This document shows positions 6,879-14,495 of a stretch of DNA of 14,495 bases, in pieces. The notes under the pieces are model-generated. The model saw only the letters and a list, made by a program, of their open reading frames with translations, was not told the origin of the DNA and did no database searches. Location: NCBI GenBank assembly GCA_963802945.1, contig CAWDKY010000049.1, positions 1 through 14,495 on the forward strand, read 5' to 3'. Both the position numbers and the translations under genes were made by a program. Position 1 is the stretch's first letter; every line of letters begins with the position of its first letter. Source of the stretch: an uncultured delta proteobacterium. Lineage in GTDB: Bacteria > Desulfobacterota > RBG-13-43-22.

Positions 6879-9266
6879 ATGCCACCCAACACCCAAGCGG
6901 CCTTTAATACGATCAACAAGATTGTTATTGCCCATAAAAACCGCCTCATCTATCCCGACGGTCATGAGGCCATCAAGCGTAGCGTGAAAGAGGCCCATGA
7001 TTCGATTTACGCCCTGCTGGGTCGTAAAGCAGAGATTCGCATTCGGATCAGGGAGGACTGTCTGGAGATTGGGGATGAAACGCTAGACCTGCAGAATTCG
7101 ACAAACAGGGAATTCTTTCAGATGCTCAACCAGCATGATCTGGGGTTAATCGTTTTTTCCAAGGGGTTGCGTCTGGGAGAATTTTTCAAATTTCTCGGCC
7201 TGCTTAAAACAGCAGACAAAAACGCGCCGCTGGAAACAGCGATCAAAAACCTCAAACACCAGTTCCCACATATTGCTTTGAAATTTGTCGACTACAGTGG
7301 GTTTAAGTTTTTAGACAAAACCGACACAGCCACTGGCGGAAAAGAAGGAATACCGTCAGGTCCACTGCGTTCCGGGAACGATGCTGGTGATCCCTTTTTC
7401 CAACCTGTTCCGTTCTACAGGATATCCTCCGACGGCATTGAAACAGTCCTTCCGCCGAAAAGAGTTGCTCCTCAGCAGGGTTTACGATCCCTGGTTGACG
7501 ATTACAAAAAGGAGCTGGCCCAATTCCGTATCCGGAAAACCCAACCCGATCCGGCAACAAACCGGGATTCAGGCGCAACAGTTCAAGCCGGAAATCACGC
7601 CAAAGACAAGGGCCACGATAATGGAACATCGGCCCAACTTCCCTTGAGCGGGATCGAGACAAAGCCTGAAGCATCGGATGGGTTCCCCCGCCAGGATCTC
7701 CCGCCGATCGCGGAGAATTATGAAAAAAAGCTGGGACAATTTCGCACGCCAATATCGGGAGATGAGCCTGTAGACAGAGAAATTCAAAACAAGACCTGGT
7801 TGGCACCTACCAACCTGAAAGAACTCAGTCCAGCCCTTCAAAACCAATTGCGGTCTTTTGATTTTGAGGCCATTTTGAACCGCCTGACCTCCAAGGAACT
7901 TGATTGGCTATTGGACGATTTGGATGCTAAAACGGCCTTGAAGAAGCTGAAACAGGTCAATGAAGGCAATCTGGAGTTATCGCCGGCCTTAACCAAGTTG
8001 ATAAAAAAGATGCTCATCGTCTCGGATCGGCAACTATATAAAAGATCTAAATACGAGACCGTTTGGGCCAAAAAAAATACGTTACACCAACTGGACAATT
8101 TGATGAAACGTGAGGCGCACGAAAAGTATGTCATCCCCGAATATGATCAGTTACTCAAGGCTCTTTCCGGAGAAGTGTCCCTGGAGGTCGCCCCTGAAAG
8201 GCCCTTTTCAGTGGAGGATCATAAACATATCTTCGAGGAGGCTTATGCTATCACCTCTATGGCCCGGGCACTTCTCTCTGCGCTCCAGCAGAAATCAAAC
8301 CAGGAAGAATACTCCGCTTATCTGGAAAACGTAGTGCTGACTTCCGAGGACCTTCTGGCCCATGGCGAATTGACGCTGTTTTCGGAGCTGTTAAATCTCC
8401 TTCTCTTACACAGTCAAGAGTCCCCGGGGTCCTTCAGGTCGTTATCGGCCCAAAAGTGCTTGGATACCTTCAGAACTCGGGGGTTCATCGAAAAGATAAT
8501 GGACCTGTTGGATGGCCCCCGCCAACGGCCTTATGCCGATTTGTATGTCCTAGCAAAAGCCCTCGGGCCGGAGATCGTTCCAGCCACAGTCGATTTGTAC
8601 GGCCAAAAAACCACCCCCTATGCCCTGAAATTTTTAACCGACATTCTGACCCATTTTAAGCAGCGTGCCAAGGTCGAGATTGAGCATCGCTTGACCCGGG
8701 ATATGGCCTTGATTCCAGGTCATCTTTTTGCTCTTATACGGGATTTGGGGTTGGAGGCAGATTTGGCGGGAACCTTGAGTCAATTGCTTGCCCATGCCGA
8801 TCCGAAGGTTCAAGATGAAGCCCTTGAGGCCTTGATCCGAATAAAAGATGTTAAAGCCGTTAATATTCTGCTCTGGTTGATCGCATCCGGGCAAAAAGAG
8901 GGTTATGAAAAGGGGCTGGATATAGCCGTCCGGCTCAATGTGGCGGAAACGGTGCCGTATTTAATCAATGCCGTCAATCATTCCCTCTTTTTAATGCGCG
9001 ACCATCTCAAAAAAGTTGCCATGTTGAGGGCCCTCGGCCGCATGGGAGCGGCCGAGGCCGTCCCTTTGCTGGAGGCCGTGGCCCGAAAAAGGTGGGCCAT
9101 CAGCCGGAAAAAACTGACCCTATTAAAAGTGAATCTATTTGAAAACCTTGATGGTTTTCGGCCGGATCAGATTGAAAATTTAATAAAAATCGGCGACGGA
9201 CTCTCTAATCCCAAAATTGCATCAGCCATTCGAAGATGGCGAGACAAGGGAGACGGAAAGATTTAA
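6879..9266 (+). CDS. HEAT/ARM-repeat-containing protein with an uncharacterised N-terminal domain
   Basis: 795-aa ORF. C-terminal HEAT-like helices (LLAHADPKVQDEALEALIRI; LRALGRMGAAEAVPLL), a low-complexity linker, and an N-terminal domain with the IYPDGH motif. Confidence 0.8.
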   Translation: MPPNTQAAFNTINKIVIAHKNRLIYPDGHEAIKRSVKEAHDSIYALLGRKAEIRIRIREDCLEIGDETLDLQNSTNREFFQMLNQHDLGLIVFSKGLRLGEFFKFLGLLKTADKNAPLETAIKNLKHQFPHIALKFVDYSGFKFLDKTDTATGGKEGIPSGPLRSGNDAGDPFFQPVPFYRISSDGIETVLPPKRVAPQQGLRSLVDDYKKELAQFRIRKTQPDPATNRDSGATVQAGNHAKDKGHDNGTSAQLPLSGIETKPEASDGFPRQDLPPIAENYEKKLGQFRTPISGDEPVDREIQNKTWLAPTNLKELSPALQNQLRSFDFEAILNRLTSKELDWLLDDLDAKTALKKLKQVNEGNLELSPALTKLIKKMLIVSDRQLYKRSKYETVWAKKNTLHQLDNLMKREAHEKYVIPEYDQLLKALSGEVSLEVAPERPFSVEDHKHIFEEAYAITSMARALLSALQQKSNQEEYSAYLENVVLTSEDLLAHGELTLFSELLNLLLLHSQESPGSFRSLSAQKCLDTFRTRGFIEKIMDLLDGPRQRPYADLYVLAKALGPEIVPATVDLYGQKTTPYALKFLTDILTHFKQRAKVEIEHRLTRDMALIPGHLFALIRDLGLEADLAGTLSQLLAHADPKVQDEALEALIRIKDVKAVNILLWLIASGQKEGYEKGLDIAVRLNVAETVPYLINAVNHSLFLMRDHLKKVAMLRALGRMGAAEAVPLLEAVARKRWAISRKKLTLLKVNLFENLDGFRPDQIENLIKIGDGLSNPKIASAIRRWRDKGDGKI

Positions 9267-9304
9267 ATGTCTCCGATTGAACTTAGCTCCCTTCCGAGAC
9301 GTTA

Positions 9305-10447
9305 ATGGTTTCAGCTATGGGCGAGTCGAATTTCGAACAAAAACTGGTCAATGTGATCCAGCAGATCAATGTGGCCGTCTCCAATATTCGGATATATTTT
9401 GGGGATCACCCGGAAGTAACCAAACATCTTGACCTGGCTTTTGGTGAAATTCGTCACTTTTTAAGAGCCAAGCCGAAGTTGACCTTTATAGTCTATAATA
9501 ACAAACTGGTGGTCGATAAAAAGCCCATCTCCTCCAATGCCCCCCAACTAACCCATTTTATCAATCTGTTAAAAGAAAAGGGGATCGAGTATATCCTGTT
9601 TCGAGCCGGCCTTACGCGCAAAGAGTTTGAAGACCTGCTCTCCGGCCTGGCTAAAAAAGAGCCTATCCCCATGCAAAGAGGGAAGGCCATCCGATGGGGG
9701 AAAATCAAAGGTGGCTCGGAGACGACCAGCAGTGGGGATGTGTCTGAGACAGGACAAATGGAAACGAATGCACCGGACATGTCCCTAGGAAATCAGATGG
9801 AAGGCGTTGTAGAGCTTTATGGAAATATCAAGCAATCAAAAAGCTTCCACATGCCGAAGCTTTTTGATCTTGCCAATGCTATCATCGGTTTCATTCAGAG
9901 CAATCAATATCCGTTCAAGGTGTTGGCTTCAATCCGGAATTCGGACGAGTACACCTTTACCCATTCAATTAATGTCTGTATCTTAACCGTCAGTCAGGCC
10001 GAATCCCTCGGTTTTTCCGGAAAACAGCTTCTTGAAATCGGAATCGCCTCCCTGCTCCATGACGTGGGTAAGCTCCATATCCCGGATGCGATTCTAAATA
10101 AACCCGGCAAACCGACCTCTGAGGAATGGCGGATTATCCAATGTCATCCGATCTGGGGCGCCATGCAAATACAGAAGATGAAGGGGACCCCCAAAATCGC
10201 CATTTTGGGCGCATTGGAACATCATATACGATATGATGGGGGAGGGTACCCTCAGCTAACAGAGAATTATAAACCCAGTATTGTGAGCCAAATGATCGCT
10301 GTTGCCGACACCTACGACGCCTTGAGAAGCAATCGGCCCTATCAAGCTTCTAAATCGCATGATGCTGCCGTTGGTATCCTAACGAAAGAAAAAGGGACCA
10401 GCTTCAACCCCTTAATGGTTGATAATTTTCTTCGGCTTACATTTTGA
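9305..10447 (+). CDS. HD-GYP domain metal-dependent phosphohydrolase (putative cyclic-dinucleotide phosphodiesterase)
   Basis: DEYTFTHSINV, LLHDVGK, HPIWG, HHIRYDGGGYP and ADTYDALRSNRPY motifs. Starts 38 bp after the HEAT gene; the start may be 9317. Confidence 0.92.
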   Translation: MVSAMGESNFEQKLVNVIQQINVAVSNIRIYFGDHPEVTKHLDLAFGEIRHFLRAKPKLTFIVYNNKLVVDKKPISSNAPQLTHFINLLKEKGIEYILFRAGLTRKEFEDLLSGLAKKEPIPMQRGKAIRWGKIKGGSETTSSGDVSETGQMETNAPDMSLGNQMEGVVELYGNIKQSKSFHMPKLFDLANAIIGFIQSNQYPFKVLASIRNSDEYTFTHSINVCILTVSQAESLGFSGKQLLEIGIASLLHDVGKLHIPDAILNKPGKPTSEEWRIIQCHPIWGAMQIQKMKGTPKIAILGALEHHIRYDGGGYPQLTENYKPSIVSQMIAVADTYDALRSNRPYQASKSHDAAVGILTKEKGTSFNPLMVDNFLRLTF

Positions 10448-10485
10448 ACTTGCTTTTTAAGCAATAGGAAATCCTAGGTCAAAGG

Positions 10486-10507
10486 TAAAAGAAAAATATT
10501 TTCTAAT
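10486..10507 (+). repeat. 22-bp direct repeat, right copy
   Basis: Identical to 6538-6559. Confidence 0.9.
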
Positions 10508-10515
10508 CCCTTAGG

Positions 10516-11685
10516 CTACAAGATAGCCCGCGCCAGGGGAATGCGCCTCAAGGCGCTGCCGATGGCGAAGGCAGCAGGAAGGGCAATGAGGAAGACGATA
10601 AAAAACTTCGTTAAAGGGCCAAGGGCTATATACCGGACTGAGTATTGCAGAGCAACAATGACAGGCACATGAAAAAGATACACGGTATAGGTGCTCGCCG
10701 CCAGGTCTCTTACCAGCCGCCCCTGGCGGTTCAGTCTCTCTCGGAATAAAACCGTGAACCCGAGGCACAGGCCACAACAAAGAAAGGCTTCCCACAGGTC
10801 GAAGAGGAAGGCCCCCCAAGTAGGTCCTCCCTTATTGAAGTAGGCCTGACCAGTGGAAAAAAGACCGTAACTGAGGGTAGCGGCCGCGAGACCGATAATA
10901 AGCCATATCATCCCAGTCTTCTTCGGGATGGTTAGGAACCAATCGCGCCGGTAAGCAACGACGCCGATCAGGAAAAAGGCGAGATCTCGGGGCACATCCG
11001 CAAAAGCAACCTGGATAATCTTGAGCAGGCCGATCCACCGGTCGATAGGGTACCAGAGGCGCACGATAAAGGTAATGGCTGCGAGCAGGATAGCGAAGGC
11101 GACGATCTCAAAAGACCTCGGGGGTCTGCTTGGCCTCTGTCCGGTTTTTGGCCCGGAGAAAGACATCAATCGCCATAGCCAATAGCAGACGGCGAAGACG
11201 AGTAAGTGCTCGATGAACCAGAGATGCCCGAAATTTGCGTCCGGCCAGGCAGGACCGGTCCAATGGGCCGGACGAGGACCGTGGCCGAAATAAAAATGGA
11301 AGTAGTATGATAGGAATGAAATGGGACCATAGGGCCTGAAGCTGAGGTGATAGACATACATCATCACAGGGATAATGACGAAAAAGAAGACCAGAAGCGG
11401 AATGCCCAGACGCAGAAAACGGTCCTTAAGGAAGCTGCTGCTCTTCCGGTCAAATGACTGGGGGAGAAAATAACCTGAAATCATAAAGAAAAAGCTCATA
11501 AAGAATGAGCGGTTGACAGTGAAAAAGGCCCCGAGCACCTGGGCATGTTCCGGGTTGGTGATGTACCACCAGCCTCCTGTCGGTCCGTAGGCCTGACCTA
11601 CATGGTGGGCGACAACAAGCGCAATGAGGCCTATCCTCAGATTATCAATGAAAAAGAGCCTGGGTCTGTTTTGTGGTGTTGTCAA
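10516..11685 (-). CDS. Acyltransferase family 3 (OpgC/MdoC-like integral membrane acyltransferase), intact
   Basis: RLFFIDNLR, VVAHH, FFMSFFFMISGYF, DRFLRLGIP, GHLWF and YTVYLFH motifs; multiple TM segments; TTG start. Confidence 0.9.
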   Translation of the reverse strand: MTTPQNRPRLFFIDNLRIGLIALVVAHHVGQAYGPTGGWWYITNPEHAQVLGAFFTVNRSFFMSFFFMISGYFLPQSFDRKSSSFLKDRFLRLGIPLLVFFFVIIPVMMYVYHLSFRPYGPISFLSYYFHFYFGHGPRPAHWTGPAWPDANFGHLWFIEHLLVFAVCYWLWRLMSFSGPKTGQRPSRPPRSFEIVAFAILLAAITFIVRLWYPIDRWIGLLKIIQVAFADVPRDLAFFLIGVVAYRRDWFLTIPKKTGMIWLIIGLAAATLSYGLFSTGQAYFNKGGPTWGAFLFDLWEAFLCCGLCLGFTVLFRERLNRQGRLVRDLAASTYTVYLFHVPVIVALQYSVRYIALGPLTKFFIVFLIALPAAFAIGSALRRIPLARAIL

Positions 11686-11834
11686 GTTTTTTAAATAACC
11701 TTCTTTTTAAGGGCAAAAAGATCACTTTAAGCCCACTTTTACCCAGCACTTATCAAACCATTCCCTAAGAATTCAATCCGTTCCCCTGGTTCGCTCCCAA
11801 TCCAACCGGTTTCCAAAGGTGAATGAAGTCACTA

Positions 11835-12221
11835 TTATTTTCTCTCGGTGAGTTGAACCAACACACCATGGGCGGATTTGGGGTGCACAAAAACCTGGGG
11901 GCTGCCTACACCAATGAGTTGTACACCGGCATCCTGCATGGTTTTTACCGTAGCCGCCAGGTCATCGACCGCCAGGGCGATGGTGTGAATTCCTTCCCCA
12001 CCTCTTTCGATCGCTTTACCCACGGCTGAATCAGGACCCAAAGGGGCCACGACTTCTAAAAATCCCCCGTTAGGGAAGGGGAAAAAGGCCTGTTTGATAC
12101 CCAAGGCTTCGGACTCGGAAGTGCGCTCCAGTTTCATTCCCAATTTCTCCCTGTAGGTGCTTATCCCTTCATCGATATCTTTCACCCGCACCACCATATG
12201 ATCCATCCCTTTAATCGCCAT
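11835..12221 (-). CDS. VOC-family protein, methylmalonyl-CoA epimerase-like
   Basis: DHMVVRVKD, LEVVAP, GEGIHTIALAVDDL and FVHPKSAHGVLVQL motifs; RBS AGGAG. Confidence 0.8.
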   Translation of the reverse strand: MAIKGMDHMVVRVKDIDEGISTYREKLGMKLERTSESEALGIKQAFFPFPNGGFLEVVAPLGPDSAVGKAIERGGEGIHTIALAVDDLAATVKTMQDAGVQLIGVGSPQVFVHPKSAHGVLVQLTERK

Positions 12222-12280
12222 TTTATTTCTCCTTTCGTATTAAGCCCTCATGACCCAAGGGGCGACTTGAAGCATGAAAA

Positions 12281-12378
12281 AGGATTCAAGGAGCCAAGGG
12301 GTCAAGGACCGCAGGGCGGATGGAAAGGCATGGAAGTAAATCCACTTGAACCCTGGAATCCTCGAATCCTCAAACCCT
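12281..12378. repeat. Small REP/MITE-like element: four AGG(A/G)TTCR-like octamers, a ~30-bp core, then four inverted octamers
   Basis: AGGATTCA AGGAGCCA AGGGGTCA AGGACCGC ... TGAACCCT GGAATCCT CGAATCCT CAAACCCT. Confidence 0.75.
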
Positions 12379-12408
12379 ATTTTCGGACTAATGAAGTATC
12401 CTGAACCA

Positions 12409-13182
12409 TCATTTCTTAACACCTTTTCTTTTTTCAAGAAAAGTCTTCACCGCTTCGGTTTGAGCCGTAGAGCCATGACATAAGTTCGCTGCCAGGGTAG
12501 AATACTGCATCGCCGTCTCGAGATCGGTAGTAAGCCATTTATAAATGATGTCTTTCTGCACAGCCAGAGCTGTGGCGTCCTTGTCTGAAAACTCCCTAAT
12601 GATGTCCGAAAGACGTCCCTCAAGTTCATCCTTCCTGACCACTTCATTCACCATGCCCATTTTTTCAGCCTGGTGGGCGTTATAATTCCTGGCCAAGTAA
12701 CAAATCTCCTTGGCTTTGGCCAGTCCCACGGCCGGGACCAGCAGTGCTGCCTCAACTACGCAAGGAAGTCCCAACTTCATCTCAGGCAATGAAAACACGG
12801 CATCCTCAGTCGCTAGGCTGTAATCGCAGGCCAGCAGGAGTTCCAGAGCGCCGCCCAAGCAATAGCCCTGCACTACTCCCACAGCTATTTTTGTGCTTTG
12901 CATCAAAGCCCGACAGCACTCGTGAATGGCTTGCCCTGTTTTTCCCTCGGCCTTGGAAAGAATCTTTTGCCTGGCTTTCAGGTCAACTCCGGCACTAAAG
13001 GCGCGGTTCCCAGCTCCTCTAAGGATCACGACTTTCACCTGCGGGTATTTTTTTAATTCCCATATGGCCTGAAGAAGCTCGCTCCACGATTGAGGGCTCA
13101 TGGCGTTTAAGACCTTGGGACGATTAAAAGTGATCGTGACTGTGGTATCTTCCTTCTTAAAAAGTATATTTTCGTATTTCAT
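12409..13182 (-). CDS. Enoyl-CoA hydratase/isomerase (crotonase) family protein
   Basis: ITFNRPKVLNAMS, AFSAGVDL, GYCLGGALELLLACD and FSLPEMKLG motifs, with both catalytic Glu present. ATG 13182 has an upstream GGAG. Confidence 0.92.
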   Translation of the reverse strand: MKYENILFKKEDTTVTITFNRPKVLNAMSPQSWSELLQAIWELKKYPQVKVVILRGAGNRAFSAGVDLKARQKILSKAEGKTGQAIHECCRALMQSTKIAVGVVQGYCLGGALELLLACDYSLATEDAVFSLPEMKLGLPCVVEAALLVPAVGLAKAKEICYLARNYNAHQAEKMGMVNEVVRKDELEGRLSDIIREFSDKDATALAVQKDIIYKWLTTDLETAMQYSTLAANLCHGSTAQTEAVKTFLEKRKGVKK

Positions 13183-13336
13183 AACTTTTTTACTCCGGTT
13201 CAATATTTTCTTTATCTCAACCTAAGGCTGTATCTGATCCTATTCCTTCTCCCCTTGCTTTATCAAGAACCATTTCCTTAGCTTCTTCGGCGCAGGCTTT
13301 ACATCCTTAATGGATAAGACTTTTTTTTCAGGTGAG

Positions 13337-13365
13337 AGTATAAAATAAGATAAAAACTGGATCAA
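13337..13365 (-). promoter_or_regulatory. Candidate sigma70 promoter for the crotonase gene
   Basis: TTGATC-17 nt-TATACT. Confidence 0.45.
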
Positions 13366-13469
13366 GGGAAAATAAAGTACGAAATCGGGGAATCATTTCA
13401 GGTTCCTGGTGGCTGGGGATTTCGACACGTTTGCGGAAAGAAATATCGATGGGCAAAAAAATACAATGA

Positions 13470-14327
13470 TTAGGGAGTTGAACGGATCCCCATGGCCTTG
13501 CCTTTTACGTTTATCGAGCCGTCCGCCTGCTCGATGCAGAAAGCAAGGGTCAGTTGAGGGCCGCCCATAATCTGGGTTTTTTGGGCAATGGAAGCCCGAA
13601 TGGTTATCGGCTGTTTCTGATGAACCGCCTTTACAAAAGCCAGCTCAATCTCTCCCCCGGTAAACCAGTCGGGGCCGAAAAAATCCTCAAAGTACTTGGA
13701 GAGATAGCCGCAAAGGATATAGCCGGAAAGTAACGCCGCCGGGTAGCCTTTGGCGCGGGCGTAATCATCCTTGTGACTGGAATCGGGCAGGAAGGGAAAT
13801 TCATCCAAGGCACGCTGAAAGGCGATTCGGGTATACGACGAGATTTCGTTGCCGGTGGGTAGGTCGTAGAAGGCGGGCCTATCAATCAATCCCTTCATCT
13901 CCTGAACATCCATCCTTTTTTCAAGGCCCAGCAGAATGTGATCAAAGGTCCGTCTGATCTCCAGACCGTCTTCATCAATCATGAGCGATTCAATGACCGT
14001 ATACTCAAACCCCCGCTTGATGTACTTATCGACCAACCCACCGGACAAAAACAACCTTTTATTGACCCTGGCTGGATGGATGTTCTTCTGGAAAAGCCTT
14101 GTAGGTACAGTGGCATGAGTGTCATATTTCGTACCGATCATCCTCTGTCCGAGCAGGGCCGCCATATACATGGCCGGATAAACCGGTTCTCCCCACGGCG
14201 ATTCCTTGGTATGAATCGGATTTAATTCATCCATTTCGCAGGTGAAGTATCGTTCGACGTAGGGCAGTTCTAGAGGTCCAAACCGATCGCCGACTTTTAG
14301 TTCCTCCCAGGGAATGTACTTTGACAT
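13470..14327 (-). CDS. Double hotdog-fold, MaoC-like dehydratase family protein
   Basis: Two hotdog units: LKVGDRFGP...DELNPIH...SPWG and SHKDDYARAKGYPAALLSG...FGPDWFTGG.IELAFVKAV. ATG 14327 follows RBS AGGAG. Confidence 0.75.
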   Translation of the reverse strand: MSKYIPWEELKVGDRFGPLELPYVERYFTCEMDELNPIHTKESPWGEPVYPAMYMAALLGQRMIGTKYDTHATVPTRLFQKNIHPARVNKRLFLSGGLVDKYIKRGFEYTVIESLMIDEDGLEIRRTFDHILLGLEKRMDVQEMKGLIDRPAFYDLPTGNEISSYTRIAFQRALDEFPFLPDSSHKDDYARAKGYPAALLSGYILCGYLSKYFEDFFGPDWFTGGEIELAFVKAVHQKQPITIRASIAQKTQIMGGPQLTLAFCIEQADGSINVKGKAMGIRSTP

Positions 14328-14349
14328 CATTTCTCCTTTTAGTGGTGAA

Positions 14350-14378
14350 ATTATAAAAAAAGAAAATGACCAGGTCAA
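14350..14378 (-). promoter_or_regulatory. Near-consensus sigma70 promoter with an overlapping palindrome TGACC-a-GGTCA
   Basis: TTGACC-17 nt-TATAAT just upstream of the RBS; the palindrome at 14367-14377 covers the -35. Confidence 0.6.
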
Positions 14379-14495
14379 GGGAATAAGTCGAAAGGAAATT
14401 GGAAATATGAATGGATATAACTTGACGGAAAGAGAATAGTTGTCCTAAGATATTTCCAGAGTCTTTTGCCATTATCCACAAAGCCCTTACCAAGA

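Noticed and set aside
5342-9780. Antisense or alternate-frame ORFs inside the flavoprotein, HEAT and HD-GYP genes
   Set aside because: Shadow ORFs with no motifs, fully overlapping well-supported genes.
12281-12378. CRISPR array
   Set aside because: The units are 8-bp tandem and inverted with no spacers; no cas genes are present.
12240-12437. Small ORFs 12198-12404 (+) and 12240-12437 (-)
   Set aside because: They are translations of the octamer repeat element and overlap real genes.

Overview
A 14.5-kb bacterial accessory region; gene content and intergenic repeats suggest a deltaproteobacterium (inference). The minus-strand genes are a frameshifted acyltransferase-3 copy, a Sir2/CobB deacylase, a DUF2378/V4R-like protein, an NTF2-fold protein, a beta-lactamase-family serine hydrolase, a geranylgeranyl-reductase-like flavoprotein, an intact acyltransferase-3, a VOC/methylmalonyl-CoA-epimerase-like protein, an enoyl-CoA hydratase and a double-hotdog MaoC-like protein. 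One plus-strand pair encodes a HEAT-repeat protein and an HD-GYP protein. Five structural signals stand out. (1) The HEAT and HD-GYP proteins share a homologous N-terminal domain of about 110 aa that I cannot name. (2) This pair is bracketed by an exact 22-bp direct repeat and interrupts a duplicated 'promoter block + acyltransferase' locus whose empty form is at the window start. (3) A GTCCCTATT-type motif recurs at gene boundaries, suggesting cassette-like assembly. (4) A ParE-like toxin relic is hidden in an intergenic gap. (5) A small element with octamer-repeat arms occurs twice, in inverted orientation. No recombinase or transposase is encoded in the window. All calls come from reading the sequence; no searches were run.
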